Assembly (NCBI GenBank): GCA_964016885.1 | Contig: OZ024750.1 | Span: 46,748,001-46,812,000 of the forward strand | Direction: 5' to 3' | DNA length: 64,000 bases | From: Eledone cirrhosa | Lineage: Eukaryota | Shown here: positions 14,268 through 28,037 of the stretch, piece after piece | Position numbering within the stretch: position 1 is the first letter of the stretch | Layout of the letters: every line of letters starts with the position of its first letter | Notes under the pieces: model-generated | Seen by the model: only the letters and a program-made list of their open reading frames with translations | Database searches by the model: none | Told to the model about the DNA's origin: nothing | Program-made: the position numbers and the translations under genes

Positions 14268-14782
14268 CGGGTCACTCTTGAGTGCTACTGGTAACATGTA
14301 ACCCAGTACAACCTGTCGCATGGTCGAGTCGTCGGCGACTAAACCGGCAGTCCCCACCAAGTTTACTTGGTGAGGAGGGTGATTTTGAACACCCTGCAGG
14401 ATAAAAAACAAAACCTGACAAAGGGCGGAAGAACTCATAAGAGTCAACGGCCATCCGAAAGTCTTTAAATATGTATATACACATGTACCGCGCAGTTAAA
14501 CCACTGGGACTGAAGGACCTCTAGCCTTTGTCAGGGCATTCTTCTAGGAGAAGGCAACTCAGGAAACTGGGATAACTCCGATATAAAACCTGCGACTCAG
14601 TAGTTTCCGGTGATATTATAGCTACTGTCGCTTAGAGAGTGGGATTGGCTCAGTGCACAGTCTTTCCTCACTTTAAAAAATATCTTCACGCACAGGCATT
14701 GCATGATATAATTGATTAATAATTATTAATAATTGTATATCATGCAATGGCCATATTCGATAACGAGGGGGCAGCCATCATA
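14268..14782 (+). mobile_element. Related bipartite RTE-derived element with a different 3' body; partial inverted copy at 14826-14908
   Basis: 14268-14700 aligns with 52385-52757. The tail ttcgataacgagggggcagccatcata resembles that of 52383-52968. Confidence 0.65.
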
Positions 14783-15003
14783 TACACATACATACATAAA
14801 ACATACATACCTATATGAACGTTGTCCCCACGTGATCGAATATGGTCATTTATTAATAATTATTAATTAACTCTATCGTGCATTGCCTGTGTGTGAAGAT
14901 ATTTTTAAACATACATCCATAGATGCATACATATATAAATATATTCACTTTTACCCTTTATATATTCCAGCCGACAGTCTGCGGTCATGCTACCGTACAT
15001 ACA

Positions 15004-15069
<66 letters not shown>

Positions 15070-15907
15070 GAGAGCGAGAAAGAGAGAGAGAGAGATATAT
15101 AGAGATAGTGAGAGAAAGAGACAGGGAGAGATAGATAGATGCATAGATAGGCAAATATATATATATATATACAGGGAGAGAGAGAGAAAGAGAGAGATTC
15201 TTTACATGTGTGACTGTTAATGTTTGTTTTTGGGTTGGTATGCTTTATACTGTGGGATAAATATACCATAAATATTAGTTGATGTAAGTGACAAAGGCTT
15301 TTCTGAATTGAATTGTATTTCATTTTTCTCTTTGTACCAATTAAAGCAAGCAACCAAATACTGCATAGATCGATATTCAACTTTGGAATGTTACAGGTTC
15401 CAATCTTTTACGATCTGTATAAGATGGATCACATGATGATTGTCTTGCCACTTACATAAAGAAATATATAGCATTATCTATGCCATCGGAGAGTAGTTAC
15501 TCGGCAAGGCTCCAGCGTTCTAAACGTGAAGGTCACTCCAACCAGCACATACTATTGATATGTCGGTATTGTTCAGCGAAATCATTTGTAACGGAAACTA
15601 CTGGATATTATCCAGGGAAAAATGCATTTTCTATAGAAAATCGACAACTATAGACAAATATACACAGGATGTAATATATTATACATATATAAATATACAC
15701 ACATCCACAATCATACACATGTATATATAAATATATAAATATACGCTCAATCACTCGCACATCCGATATAATGCGATATTACGTTGAGACTATGAATGCA
15801 CTTGCTATGTATATTTGTATATACGTGGTTGAATGTGTGAGCTTTACACACACACAAGCATACACACACACATGTATATATATATATATATATATATATT
15901 TGTATGT

Positions 15908-15951
<44 letters not shown>

Positions 15952-15954
<3 letters not shown>

Positions 15955-16357
15955 GGAGGTGAGTTTTATTGTAGTACAATAAAGCAATGCAGATATCGGA
16001 TAAGAAGCACTCTACAGTTTGTAGGACTGGAGTATGCATAATATAAGATCAAAAGATTGTTAAAGGAGTTCCATGTATTTTATTATGCGCATTTCAAAAA
16101 CAAACATCATCATGCAATAATATTTGTGTTTTCATCAGATAAAACAGGAGAACATGATATGAAGGCTAAAAATCACTTGTGGATAGTGCACTTGTGGATG
16201 TTGATTTAAAACTGCACTATCCACAAGTGTTTTTTAGCCTTCATATCATGTTCTCCTGTTTTATCTGATGAAAACACAAATATTATTGCATGATGATGTT
16301 TGATTTTGAAATGCGCATAATAAAATACATGGAACTCCTTTAACAATCTTTTGATCT

Positions 16358-16364
<7 letters not shown>
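15952..16364 (+). mobile_element. Fold-back PLE terminal fragment (inverted arms ~16038-16190 and 16214-16364, left tail ~85 nt)
   Basis: Near-perfect inverted repeat between (TA)n tracts, with an HHR in each arm. Confidence 0.8.
16259..16325 (+). ncRNA. Minimal hammerhead ribozyme (mirror in left arm)
   Basis: ttttat-CTGATGA-aaac...gtttgatttt-GAAA-tgcgca-TA-ataaaa, with palindromic stem III ATGCGCAT. Confidence 0.75.
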
Positions 16365-16446
<82 letters not shown>

Positions 16447-16627
16447 TATATAGATAGATATATACCACACTCAAAGACACACACACTCACCCCCAAAGCA
16501 CACACGTATACACAGTCACGCACACACATACATATATATATATTTGTCCGTGATGTTGTGTGTGTAATTTTGTGTTGCGTGTGGGAGCTGTATATGCATG
16601 AAAATGTATTATGTGCATAATATTGTG

Positions 16628-16707
<80 letters not shown>

Positions 16708-16746
16708 GTATATATATACATATATATATATATATGTGTGTGCGTG

Positions 16747-16833
<87 letters not shown>

Positions 16834-16855
16834 GCATATGTATGTATATATATAT

Positions 16856-16910
<55 letters not shown>

Positions 16911-17057
16911 TATGTATGTATATATACATATATATATGTATATATATATATATATATATACATATATATATGTATGTATATTTATACACACACACACACA
17001 TATATATATTTATATATATATATATATATATACATTTATATATTTATGTATGTGTGC

Positions 17058-17098
<41 letters not shown>
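16365..17098. repeat. Compound (TA)n/(CA)n microsatellite field, representative of dozens in the window
   Basis: Direct inspection. Such tracts generate the IY/HT/CV pseudo-ORFs. Confidence 0.95.
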
Positions 17099-17099
<1 letters not shown>

Positions 17100-17755
17100 A
17101 GAAAAAATTTACGAAATTGAAATGCGGGTATATAGAATTTATTAGGTAACAATTGTTTCTATAGTGTATGAGTTACTATATGCATATATATATATTTCTG
17201 TGTGTTGCACGTCTATGTGAGTATGTTGTGTGTGCATGTATTATGTATACTCTATTGAGCTTGTGAATGTTCTCATGTATGCGTGTGTAAGTGTAATGGT
17301 TCCTGTACATATCTCTGTCGTACGTTTTCCTCAGTATGTACTTATATAGATGACGTTGTGTTTGTAAATAGGCTGTTGGTTGTATATATGTGTACGCATG
17401 TATAATTGAGAGTGTGTGTTTATACGGATATGTTGGATACTTTTATATGTGTGAGTATATATCTGCATTTTAACATGCTAGGCCACAGTTGTCCTATACG
17501 TCGCATTGTATCTGATAATGTGATTCTTGATACTGATCTATCACTCTCTCCCCCCTCTCTCTCTCCCTCTCCCTCTCTCTCTATATATATAAATAGGTAT
17601 ATATATATATATATATATGTGTGTTTGTGTGTGTGTGTGGGTGTATGCATTTATATATGTATATATATATATGTGTGTGAGTGTGTGTGTATATATATAT
17701 TTATATATATATACATATATCTACATATATATATGTATATATGTATATATATATA

Positions 17756-17854
<99 letters not shown>

Positions 17855-18395
17855 TCGTGTGTGAGTGTGGGTAATATGTATGAGTGTGAGAATCTATGAT
17901 TATGTGCAAATATAATGTATTTGTGTACGTGAAATCTCTTACATCCATGACTTTGATGTATTTGTACACACACAAATATATATATATATATGTATATATA
18001 TGTATATATATACATACTTAAGTGAATTCCTGTTTATCATGTCTATATATGTATGTGAGTGTGTGTGAGGCGTGCATTCGGAAGTAAGGATGCAGTGGTT
18101 CCGGCGTGATGAATAGAATCTTTAATAAGGACACAGTTCTTTACAATTCAGATAAATATGTAATAAGGATCACAGAGTATAAAAGACGCATTAGCTTAAA
18201 GGCTTCTCTCGGATGAGAATTTTGAAAAGATTTATAGGAATGCGTGCATACATACACGCATGTATGTATAAATACACACACACACTCTCTCAGACACACA
18301 TACACACACATATATATATATATATATAAATATATTTACACGTGTGTGTGCACGTGTATCTTTATATATATATAAAGATACACGTGTACGCACAC

Positions 18396-18439
<44 letters not shown>

Positions 18440-19504
18440 GCACATGTACCCGTATGTGTGTATATGTGTATATATTATAGTATTATATACAGAGTACTGT
18501 GATCTGAAAGCATCAATTAAGTTTACCGTTGCTGTTAGAATGCAGTATGTCCGTTGGGATTGCTCCAAATACAAACAGCAACAAATATGTCGTTTAGTCT
18601 CAATATCAGTTAATGCATAGATGGGAGAACAAGAACAATACAAAAGGGATTTCATTTTGATTCAGTCAACAGGTGAAAGGATCAGGCATATTTCAATCTT
18701 TTTACATCTCCTTAGTGAAGCTTATTTGCTACTGTCGGTGACTTCAAGACGAAGGTATATATTACTTTAATAGTATTCTACCAGTTAGTGTCTGAATTCA
18801 GCAAATTGAGCGCATTCGATCCCACATAAAAGATGCCTTAATTTTACCTACCCATAAAATGAAAGCGGAAGCATTGGGCCGTGGAAATACTATCTTTTTA
18901 ATATAGGTCATGACTGAAAACAGTCGTGCGCCATATCACCTGTAGACAAAGCTCAGAGATTCTAATATCTAGATCTGAACATTTATTAAGAATTAAACGT
19001 TGATTGACATATATATATAAAGACATATACATATAAAACATTGACAGGGGATAATTTGTAAAGAAGGTAAGAACACTTAGTTCCAGAGGTACCATATTAA
19101 CATTTAACGAAACTTCATATATATACCTGGCGATAATATTCATCCTCTTGTTATTATCAAGTATATATATATATATATATATGTGTGTGGATTTTCGTTA
19201 AATTTTAATATAATACCTCGGGACTAAGTGTTCTTCCAGTCTTTTCAAATTATCCCTGTCAGTGTTTGATATGTCTTTATATATATACATATATATATAT
19301 ATATTTTTTTTTTAATTGTTTGACCCGAATTACTTGGTCGTTTGTTTTGGCTGTGCGGATGATCTGTTTAACCATCATCTCAGTGTGTTTGGCCCTTAAC
19401 GTATGTTGTAGCTCTGATTCACATGAATCATCGAGCGCTTGCCACACATATCGGACGTTGATTTTCGTTAATTCCTGAGTTGAAATACGATTCTCGCTAA
19501 TTTA

Positions 19505-19539
<35 letters not shown>

Positions 19540-19540
<1 letters not shown>

Positions 19541-19827
19541 GTTATGTTGGTGCCACAACATCCAGGCCGAAACAAAGGAGTTCGTATAGATGGTACGACA
19601 AAAAAAACACACAGTCCACGGTGTAATGTGGCCGTGTAGGCAACACGGTAAAAATCTCCCAGCCCCACACTGTAAATGTGGTTGGTATTAGGAAGGGCAT
19701 CCAGCTGTAGAAAACCCGCCAGACAGTCCTATGCGAGCAAGACAACCACTCTTGCCTCAAGTGGGAAAACTCCCGTCCAAACCCATGCAAGCATGGAACA
19801 TACATGGACGTTAAACGATGATGATGA

Positions 19828-19830
<3 letters not shown>
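19540..19830 (+). mobile_element. Retroposon 3' portion with (GAT)n tail
   Basis: ggaagggcatccagctgtagaaa...gcatggaa...ggacgttaaacgatgatgatgat, followed by (TA)n. Confidence 0.55.
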
Positions 19831-19895
<65 letters not shown>

Positions 19896-20051
19896 GCATT
19901 GAGGAGATTTTAGCTATCAAACGAACTTTCACAAATTCTGATATAAAATAGTTATTCAAGCCATCATATTAGCACGTTGGCATAATGAAACTATTTTTCA
20001 TCTTTTGTGCTGGATTAGACAAATATTTAATGAAGTATCAAGATTACTAAC

Positions 20052-20213
20052 CTCGATTGAAAGCGGAGCCAAAAAGGCGAACAATTGCGGGGGTTGTTTC
20101 TCGGGTTTCTTAAACAGAATGGTGATTCCGACATTAAGGAAAGGTTTGGTAAAGTCAATTACTTTCTCTCTCAGGTAAGTGATCGACATGCCTCCCACGG
20201 CCAAATCAGCATT
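20052..20213 (-). CDS. Internal coding exon of a non-NMDA (kainate/AMPA-like) ionotropic glutamate receptor: end of S1 ligand-binding segment plus pre-M1 linker
   Basis: Minus strand reads tttcAG|AAT GCT GAT...TCA ATC GAG|GTtagt, 162 nt, phase 0/0. It translates to NADLAVGGMSITYLREKVIDFTKPFLNVGITILFKKPEKQPPQLFAFLAPLSIE, matching the iGluR motif ADLAVAPLTIT.REKVIDF.KPF...GI.IL..KP...LF.FL.PLS. No neighbouring exons were recognised in the window. Confidence 0.92.
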
Positions 20214-20299
20214 CTGAAATGAAAATTAGAAATATATAGATACATTTCAAATAAACCTATTTTTCTGTTTCACACATATACCCACAAACTCACAATATG

Positions 20300-20690
<391 letters not shown>

Positions 20691-20720
20691 ACATATATAT
20701 ATACATATATATATATATAT

Positions 20721-21367
<647 letters not shown>

Positions 21368-21369
21368 GT

Positions 21370-21400
<31 letters not shown>

Positions 21401-21401
<1 letters not shown>

Positions 21402-21968
21402 GTACATAAATCTACCAAGAGTTTACGGTAGTGTCCAATCCGTATGAAGAACTCAATGTATTCCGGATATCATGGAAAGAAGAGATGCAATGAAAAATCA
21501 CTTTCGGTGAAAGATAAACGGAATACAGAGTCAAGATAAAATATAAAAAAAATAATAATGAATAAAACAATGAAACAGTTCCTTATATTAAACAAAAAAA
21601 GTTCATTATTTAACGATCGTTTCTAGGATATATATGTGTTAGAATTGGCATGCATATTCAACAGATCTATGTACAAAATTATACAAAATTATACAAACTA
21701 TCAAGATTAAATATACATACCAAACACACATATATGCCGTCTTCAGAAATAATTATTTCTGAAGACGGCATATATGTGTGTTTGGTATGTATATTTAATC
21801 TTGATAGTTTGTATAATTTTGTATAATTTTGTACATAGATCTGTTGAATATGCATGCCAATTCTAACACATATATATCCTAGAAACGATCGTTAAATAAT
21901 GAACTTTTTTTGTTTAATATAAGGAACTGTTTCATTGTTTTATTCATTATTATTTTTTTAATATTTTA
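21401..21968 (+). mobile_element. Perfect-palindrome PLE terminal fragment (centre 21752/21753) with long left tail
   Basis: ~215-bp arms with no spacer (cagaaataa|ttatttctg) and an HHR with a ~115-nt stem II. A third arm-plus-tail copy lies at 20411-20661. Confidence 0.8.
21752..21900 (+). ncRNA. Hammerhead ribozyme with ~115-nt stem II (mirror in left arm)
   Basis: attattt-CTGAAGA-cggcatatatgtgt...acacatatatatccta-GAAA-cgatcg-TT-aaataat, with palindromic stem III ACGATCGT. Confidence 0.65.
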
Positions 21969-22021
21969 TATATATATATATATGAATTATAAGAATCAAA
22001 GTACTGTTCAAAACATTTTTA

Positions 22022-22068
22022 TGCTTACAACTGTTTCCTCCAAACCGAGGTTTGGTTTCTTCGGAGCA
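22022..22068 (-). ncRNA. Hammerhead ribozyme with U4C core in a solo terminal repeat
   Basis: tgct-CCGAAGA-aa-ccaaacc(tc)ggtttgg-ag-GAAA-cagttg-TA-agca. Confidence 0.62.
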
Positions 22069-22677
22069 ATTTATTATTGAATGAACACTTATATGACCTC
22101 CTTTTCACCCAAGAGACATACAGATACATATGCAAATATTGTGGGTCAACATTCATTATAGCATTTAGTGTGGCAGTACACATTTAGAGATTACATTCAT
22201 ATTAAAGGATACAATCAAAAATACAATCAAAAACACAGGTTTAAATACAACATTAAATTAAGCGGTTATAGAGTGCAATGTTTATATGTGTGGCAAGCAC
22301 GTGCGTCTTGTTTATATAGTGTGGCAGAGAGTTACGTGTAATAGAAGCACTTAAGCAGGTAATCGAGAGTGTTAAGGGGATTGATCTGGTGAAGAATTCT
22401 TTATATGATTGTTATAGCCTGTGTGTGGAGAAATAATATAAGTATTAAAAATAATGTAAGCATTAAAAATATTGGAAATGCCTACCACTATTTAGGGTTT
22501 ATAAAAATATATATAACTACAATAGGTTTTTGTATTTGCATAACCATAAATAGTATAATTAATACTATATATATATATATATGTATGTATGTAAAGGGTA
22601 AACAGAAATAACAACACAATCAGTACAGTATATGAAAGGGATATATTAGGTGAACTCTTGAAATAGCAGGAAGAGGG

Positions 22678-22713
22678 TCTTGGCGTTTCGGACGCTAGTC
22701 CTTCATCAGAAGA
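22678..22713 (-). ncRNA. Degenerate minimal hammerhead in a solo terminal repeat (22590-22730; diverged copy 23790-23920)
   Basis: tctt-CTGATGA-a-ggac(tagc)gtcc-GAAA-cg-CC-aaga, where U16.1 appears mutated to C. Confidence 0.55.
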
Positions 22714-22988
22714 AGGAAGGAGAAATAAGATCGATAATCTACCTTCAAGATCCTGACCTCATTCACTTAACTCGTGCATGGTCGTAAGGTTGTGATTTCG
22801 ATTCTCACACTGACCAAAGTGTTATGCCGGTGAGCAATGCACTTTATTTCACGGTGATCCTTCTGCCTGGATTTGAGACAGCCAGATAGTATTAGAAATT
22901 GGAAAGACTAGTAGAAACTTTGTTTCTTCGGTCCTATTTGACGAGGTCCTCCCCACTCATTAAGCAAATGCGTTCTGCGATCTTACCG

Positions 22989-23034
<46 letters not shown>

Positions 23035-23041
<7 letters not shown>

Positions 23042-23730
23042 GGTGTAACACAGTAGTTGTGATATATTGGTAAAAGGAAAAGAAGATGCTGACAAATTGT
23101 TCCCAGTGAAAAATAGTTTAATTAGGAATACGTAAAAATTAGTAATAAGTATTGGTTAGTATTCAGTTTTAGTTTTAAGTTTTTACCGGTTGCGCATTTC
23201 TAATGCTTTTCAAAAATAATTTTGAGATAGAGCGCCCGAGATGTTTGCTCTAAACTGATTAGTTTTGGAAATTCTACCTGTTTTATGTGTAAAAAGTGGC
23301 TCCAAAGGTATTAAAAGACTTATTTATCAGTGACCTCTCAATCAGGCGAAAAAGGACACTCTTCGACAAACCTACATTTAGCGCAAAATCAATTTTTAAC
23401 ATTCACGTGACCTCTACCGACCAATCAAAATTGCTTTGACCACAATAATTTTTGCAACACGAATTGGTGCGAAACTTATTTTAATACCTCTGGAGCCACT
23501 TTTTTCACATAAAACAGGTAGAATTTCCAAAACTAATCAGATTAGAGCAAACATCTCGGGCGCTCTATCTCAAAATTATTTTTGAAAAGCATTAGAAATG
23601 CGCAACCGGTAAAAACTTAAAACTTAAACTGAATACTAACCAATACTTATTACTAATTTTTACTTATTCCTAATTAAACTATTTTTCACTGGGAACACCT
23701 TGTCAGCATTTTCTTTTCCTTTTACCAATA
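23035..23730 (+). mobile_element. Fold-back PLE terminal fragment (arms ~23065-23316 and 23480-23730, tail ~30 nt)
   Basis: Inverted repeat between (TA)n tracts. It shares the ctggagccactttt...taaaa.aggtag module with element A and has a variant HHR at 23578-23615. Confidence 0.78.
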
Positions 23731-24393
23731 TATATATATATATGTGTGTGTGTGTGTATGTGTGTGTGTATATGTGTGTGCGTGTGTGTGTAAAAGGTAA
23801 ACGGAAATAACAAAACAAATAGTTCTGTATATGGAAGGAATATATTAGTTTAACGCTTGAAATAGCAGAATGAGGGTTTTACCGATTCGGACGTGAGTCC
23901 TTCATCTGAAGAAATCATGAGAAATTAGAAAGAACATGGTTTCTAGCAATCAAGAAACAACATTTATATTTCCAAGACTCTGGAATAACCAATATTTGAA
24001 GATAGGGTCGAGAATTATAATTTTATAAATTAATATTGAGCCACTGACTTAGGCAACGACTTAGTATGCATGATATATAATAAAAATATCACCTCATACC
24101 TAATTAAGCATTGTTCTCCCGATTGGAGTGACTGAAATCTTTCCAATATTGGTTATTCCAATGTCTTGGAATTATTGATGTTGTTTCTTGAGTTCCAGAA
24201 ACAATGTTCGCGAAACTATAAGTAGAAATCGACATATTTCAGCTGAACAATTTATATTGCACTTAAGTGAGATTTTCGCTTTAGTTTGTTATATTTTATT
24301 ACCCCTCTGAATAGATAATTTATTCATATATATTAGCCTATTATTGAGTTTTTACGTATTAGAGATAATTAAATATATAAAGTTATAAATTGA

Positions 24394-24434
<41 letters not shown>

Positions 24435-24513
24435 GGGGGGGGGGCGTGTGTATTAAAGTTAGGTCAAACCTATCTATCTATTATCTTGTGCGCCCTTGTG
24501 GCAAATAAAGAAA

Positions 24514-24555
<42 letters not shown>

Positions 24556-24558
24556 GTA

Positions 24559-24748
24559 ATAATTGTTTCTACTTTTGGCACAAGGCCAGCAATTATCCAG
24601 TGCATTACTGGTACTTTATTTTATCTACCCCCGTAAGGATTAAAGGGAAAGTTAACCTCGGCAGGATTTGAACTCAGAATGGCAAGGGCCGTAACTATGT
24701 GCGTGAAAGCATGGCGTCCGACCCTCTACCGATACTGCCAATCCACCG
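24559..24748 (-). mobile_element. Deu/Nin-type SINE, full length
   Basis: Reverse complement of 59481-59666. Confidence 0.82.
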
Positions 24749-25929
24749 ATATATATATTAAAAATAATATATATAGTAATAATAATAAATGGGAAGACTA
24801 AAATCCAAAGAGGGCTTGATAAGGATAATATATATATAAACATATATAAAACCATAGAGCAAATATTTATTAAAATAACAGATTAAAGTTCAAGCAAATA
24901 ATCGCTGCTTTCACCCTTAACGGGATATTCTGAAACTAATACGTGATATGTATATATATATATATATATTAATTATATGCATATATAAAGACATACACAC
25001 GCACACACGCATGTATGTGTGTGTGTGTGTGTGTATGCATGTGTGAATGTATGTGTGTATGTGTACAAGTGCGTGTGTGTGCATGGAGAAACAGCAAGAG
25101 AGATGGAGACCTCAAACCACACCCTTGATATGAGATAAACAATATTCGACCAACAACCTGGCAGAATTTTTTAGCTTATTTCTAACTGTACTTGATGACT
25201 TCAATATACATATAAGAAACAATTACTGTGATTTTTTTATAATCTAGCGTCCATTGTTCTAGACGGAAGAAAAACACATTATATAAAAGATTATTTTCTC
25301 AAATGTTAATTTAAAAAAAATAATCAATTGATAATACATCAAAACACTCATGCTTACGTATAATTGCCTTCAATATATAAAAAACACAAAAAAAACACAG
25401 GCATTTATAACATATAGAAATATGACGTCATACACAGCCGCTGGTTAGCGTTCTAGTAAAACGTAAAACCTCTCTCCATCCAGATGGTATCGACGATATT
25501 TTCTTCTTTAAAATAAATGATACCAAATCAAATATTTTATTTAATTTCAAATACGAATCTAAAGCCTCATGGGTCCAGCTATACACACATTTTTTCACAA
25601 GCCATATATATAATCTTACTATCTTACTCTATTTTACTACACATATGACCACAGAGAGCTCTACAAATTCAGTCTAAATAAGAAACCATATTATTTAAAT
25701 ATATATAGATTTAGATGTATAATTTATGACGATAACATTGTTGTAATCTTTCTGGTTTACTGTTATAATACAAACCATATATCTTTTGGGAAACATTGGA
25801 TAAGGGCTCTTCTTTATGTTTTTTTGTTAGGATGATGAGCACTAAGACACATATTCTAAATGGTTTTATCTGAAGTACTCGTTTAACATACTAGCCGGCT
25901 AGTTCCACAAGCAAGATCAACCGAGATTA

Positions 25930-27370
25930 TGGATGTTATCCAAACAAATTGTTCAGGGTTCCTCTCTAGCTTTCCTGCCGCTTGACTCTCCTATAAAATA
26001 TTTCCTGTTGCCGGGTCAATCTCACATTAATTCTTAAATAATTGTAGATATATTTTGAACACCTCCTTACAATTGGTGTCCGTTAAATTTCTTTATTTTT
26101 AGATACATATTTTACATGACGTTTTATGAACGGATATTGTTATATGATCAAAGCTACATGCCAATGTGAAGATACACATATAAGTCAATGCCTTCCACTA
26201 TTTCTTCATAAGAATCACACACACACAAACCAACTCTTAGTCTAACTACAACACAAGAGGCAGCTTGGATACGTGTAATAATCTCTTCATCTAGCTTACG
26301 TTCTTTGGTGTTACAGCTGCCAGGATATTTAAAGTGTTCCACTCTGGCAAGATTTTGCCCATCAATGAAAGAATAAATCTCCGATACTCATTGTTTCAGT
26401 CGTCTTAATATTGATAGGGAGTCCCATCTCAATGAAACTATGTTATATGCAGATTACAGCTGCTGTAGGGCAATGGGATCATTACAGAAACAGCGAGATC
26501 ATCAGCATATTGACTTTCTTATCGAAACCAGTTGTCCTTGATTTTTATAATTTCGTTTCTTAGTCCTTTTATATCGCCGCTCTGTCTCCTAGTTTTGAGA
26601 AGCCTCTGAATTTCTTACTCTGGATTTTCCAACCAATCTTTATCTTTCCTTGATTTGAAAGAATTGCTTGGCACACTTTGGAGGTTTTATTTCAAGTTAT
26701 TACAAAGCACCAAACAATCTCCCATGTGTTCGCTCGAGGAACCGTTCAAGCTATCTTTTTTTTCAGTATTCAGATATATGTTAGCCTTGAAGAGAGGAAT
26801 AGTTCACTTTATTGTTTTCTTTATCACAATGCAACACTTGCAGATCAAGAATGTGTTGCCGGTGAAACATTCAGCACGAGGATCAATTTTGCTGATGTCG
26901 TTGAATTTGCTGCCCACTGGATTAGCAAAGACGTGATCCACCTAATGTCAGGGTTTAGAGGGTAGATGCTGCCAAGTATTCTTGAGACAATTACTTAGTT
27001 GGTACATTGTGCCCATAATCGAGAGTTGAAAGCGGGTGTAACATTCTAACAACATTAATCCATTAGAGTTCACGTTTCCCACTCCATGTTCGCCAACTAC
27101 GGATGGCTAGGACTTCCAATATTTTCGAACACCGGGGTTGGAAAAGATTGGAAGTCACCGAGAACAAGAGTTCCATTTGGGGAGATTGAGAATGGTGCTT
27201 CACATGAAGGACGCCCTCTCTTGAGGTATAAGGACACGAGCACGTATAATTTGAGAAAGATTAACATACTTCAGAGCTGGAGGCATTATGTTGATGACAA
27301 CAATATGGTGGAAGCTAATCAAAGACGTAAGCATTGTTATTGAAAACCAAAGAAGGCATGAGAATGAGAA
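25930..27370. mobile_element. Degenerate RTE-clade LINE with a 5' inversion
   Basis: Minus strand has QYADDLA (~26500) and EHFKYPGS...LDEEIITRIQAAS (26154-26342). Plus strand 27140-27340 has PRTRVPFGEIENGASHEGRPLLRYKD...W, the RTE C-terminal motif. Confidence 0.72.
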
Positions 27371-27500
27371 AAAGGGAGAAACGGCACAATAACAATCCAG
27401 ATCATCTGATATAATGAATGGACTATACACACACACACACGCACCCGCACACACACACACACACATACATATATATATGTATATATATATATATATATAT

Positions 27501-27662
27501 ATAACGAAGGAAATGTGGTAAGGAACCAGGTGGAACATAACGCACCAAAGTACTCAATAGTTAGGGTAGTAGAGTGGGTAATAGGAACGAGTAGGACCCC
27601 GACGGCTGAGCTCAACCCGTTTCGACGGCTAATTCTGGACGTCGGGGTCCTACTCGTTCCTA
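27501..27662 (+). mobile_element. Short fold-back element, family with copies at 35506-35731 and 37736-37931
   Basis: Shared ggaacgagtaggaccccgacggctgagctcaag arms and an ~80-nt tail. It contains the 3' half of an HHR (GAAA-cggct-tgagctc-agccg-TC-gggg) and sits in (TA)n. Confidence 0.75.
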
Positions 27663-27721
27663 TATATATATATATATTGTTATACTTTGGGAGGGTCATG
27701 TTGCCAACAAATTCAGAAACG

Positions 27722-27779
<58 letters not shown>

Positions 27780-28001
27780 GTATATATATAGGGATTGTAA
27801 CGTGCAGTTACTGTAGGTTTACCCGGGTGAGTACTCGATACGTAGTTTCCAGCCTTCAAACACATGTCGAACTATGCAGAGTGTAATTATAATAATAAAA
27901 GGACGATTTGTAATGTCTTCATTACGTTTATTATTATTATTACTTTATATATATATACACATATATTATCATTATATATATATATACACATATATTATCA
28001 T

Positions 28002-28037
<36 letters not shown>

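Noticed and set aside
15952-16364. Interpretation of the fold-back units as MITEs, miRNA hairpins or terminators
   Set aside because: Asymmetric tails, embedded HHRs and identity to termini of RT/GIY-YIG elements point to PLE origin.
19021-19278. Diverged inverted repeat 19021-19116 / 19189-19278 (also 23933-24003 / 24138-24208)
   Set aside because: These are real but old repeats with no recognisable ribozyme or family link, so they could not be classified.
19998-20204. ORF-track 68-aa call as a complete gene
   Set aside because: Similarity to iGluR starts at the AG at 20214 and stops at the GT at 20051. The remainder is intron read-through.
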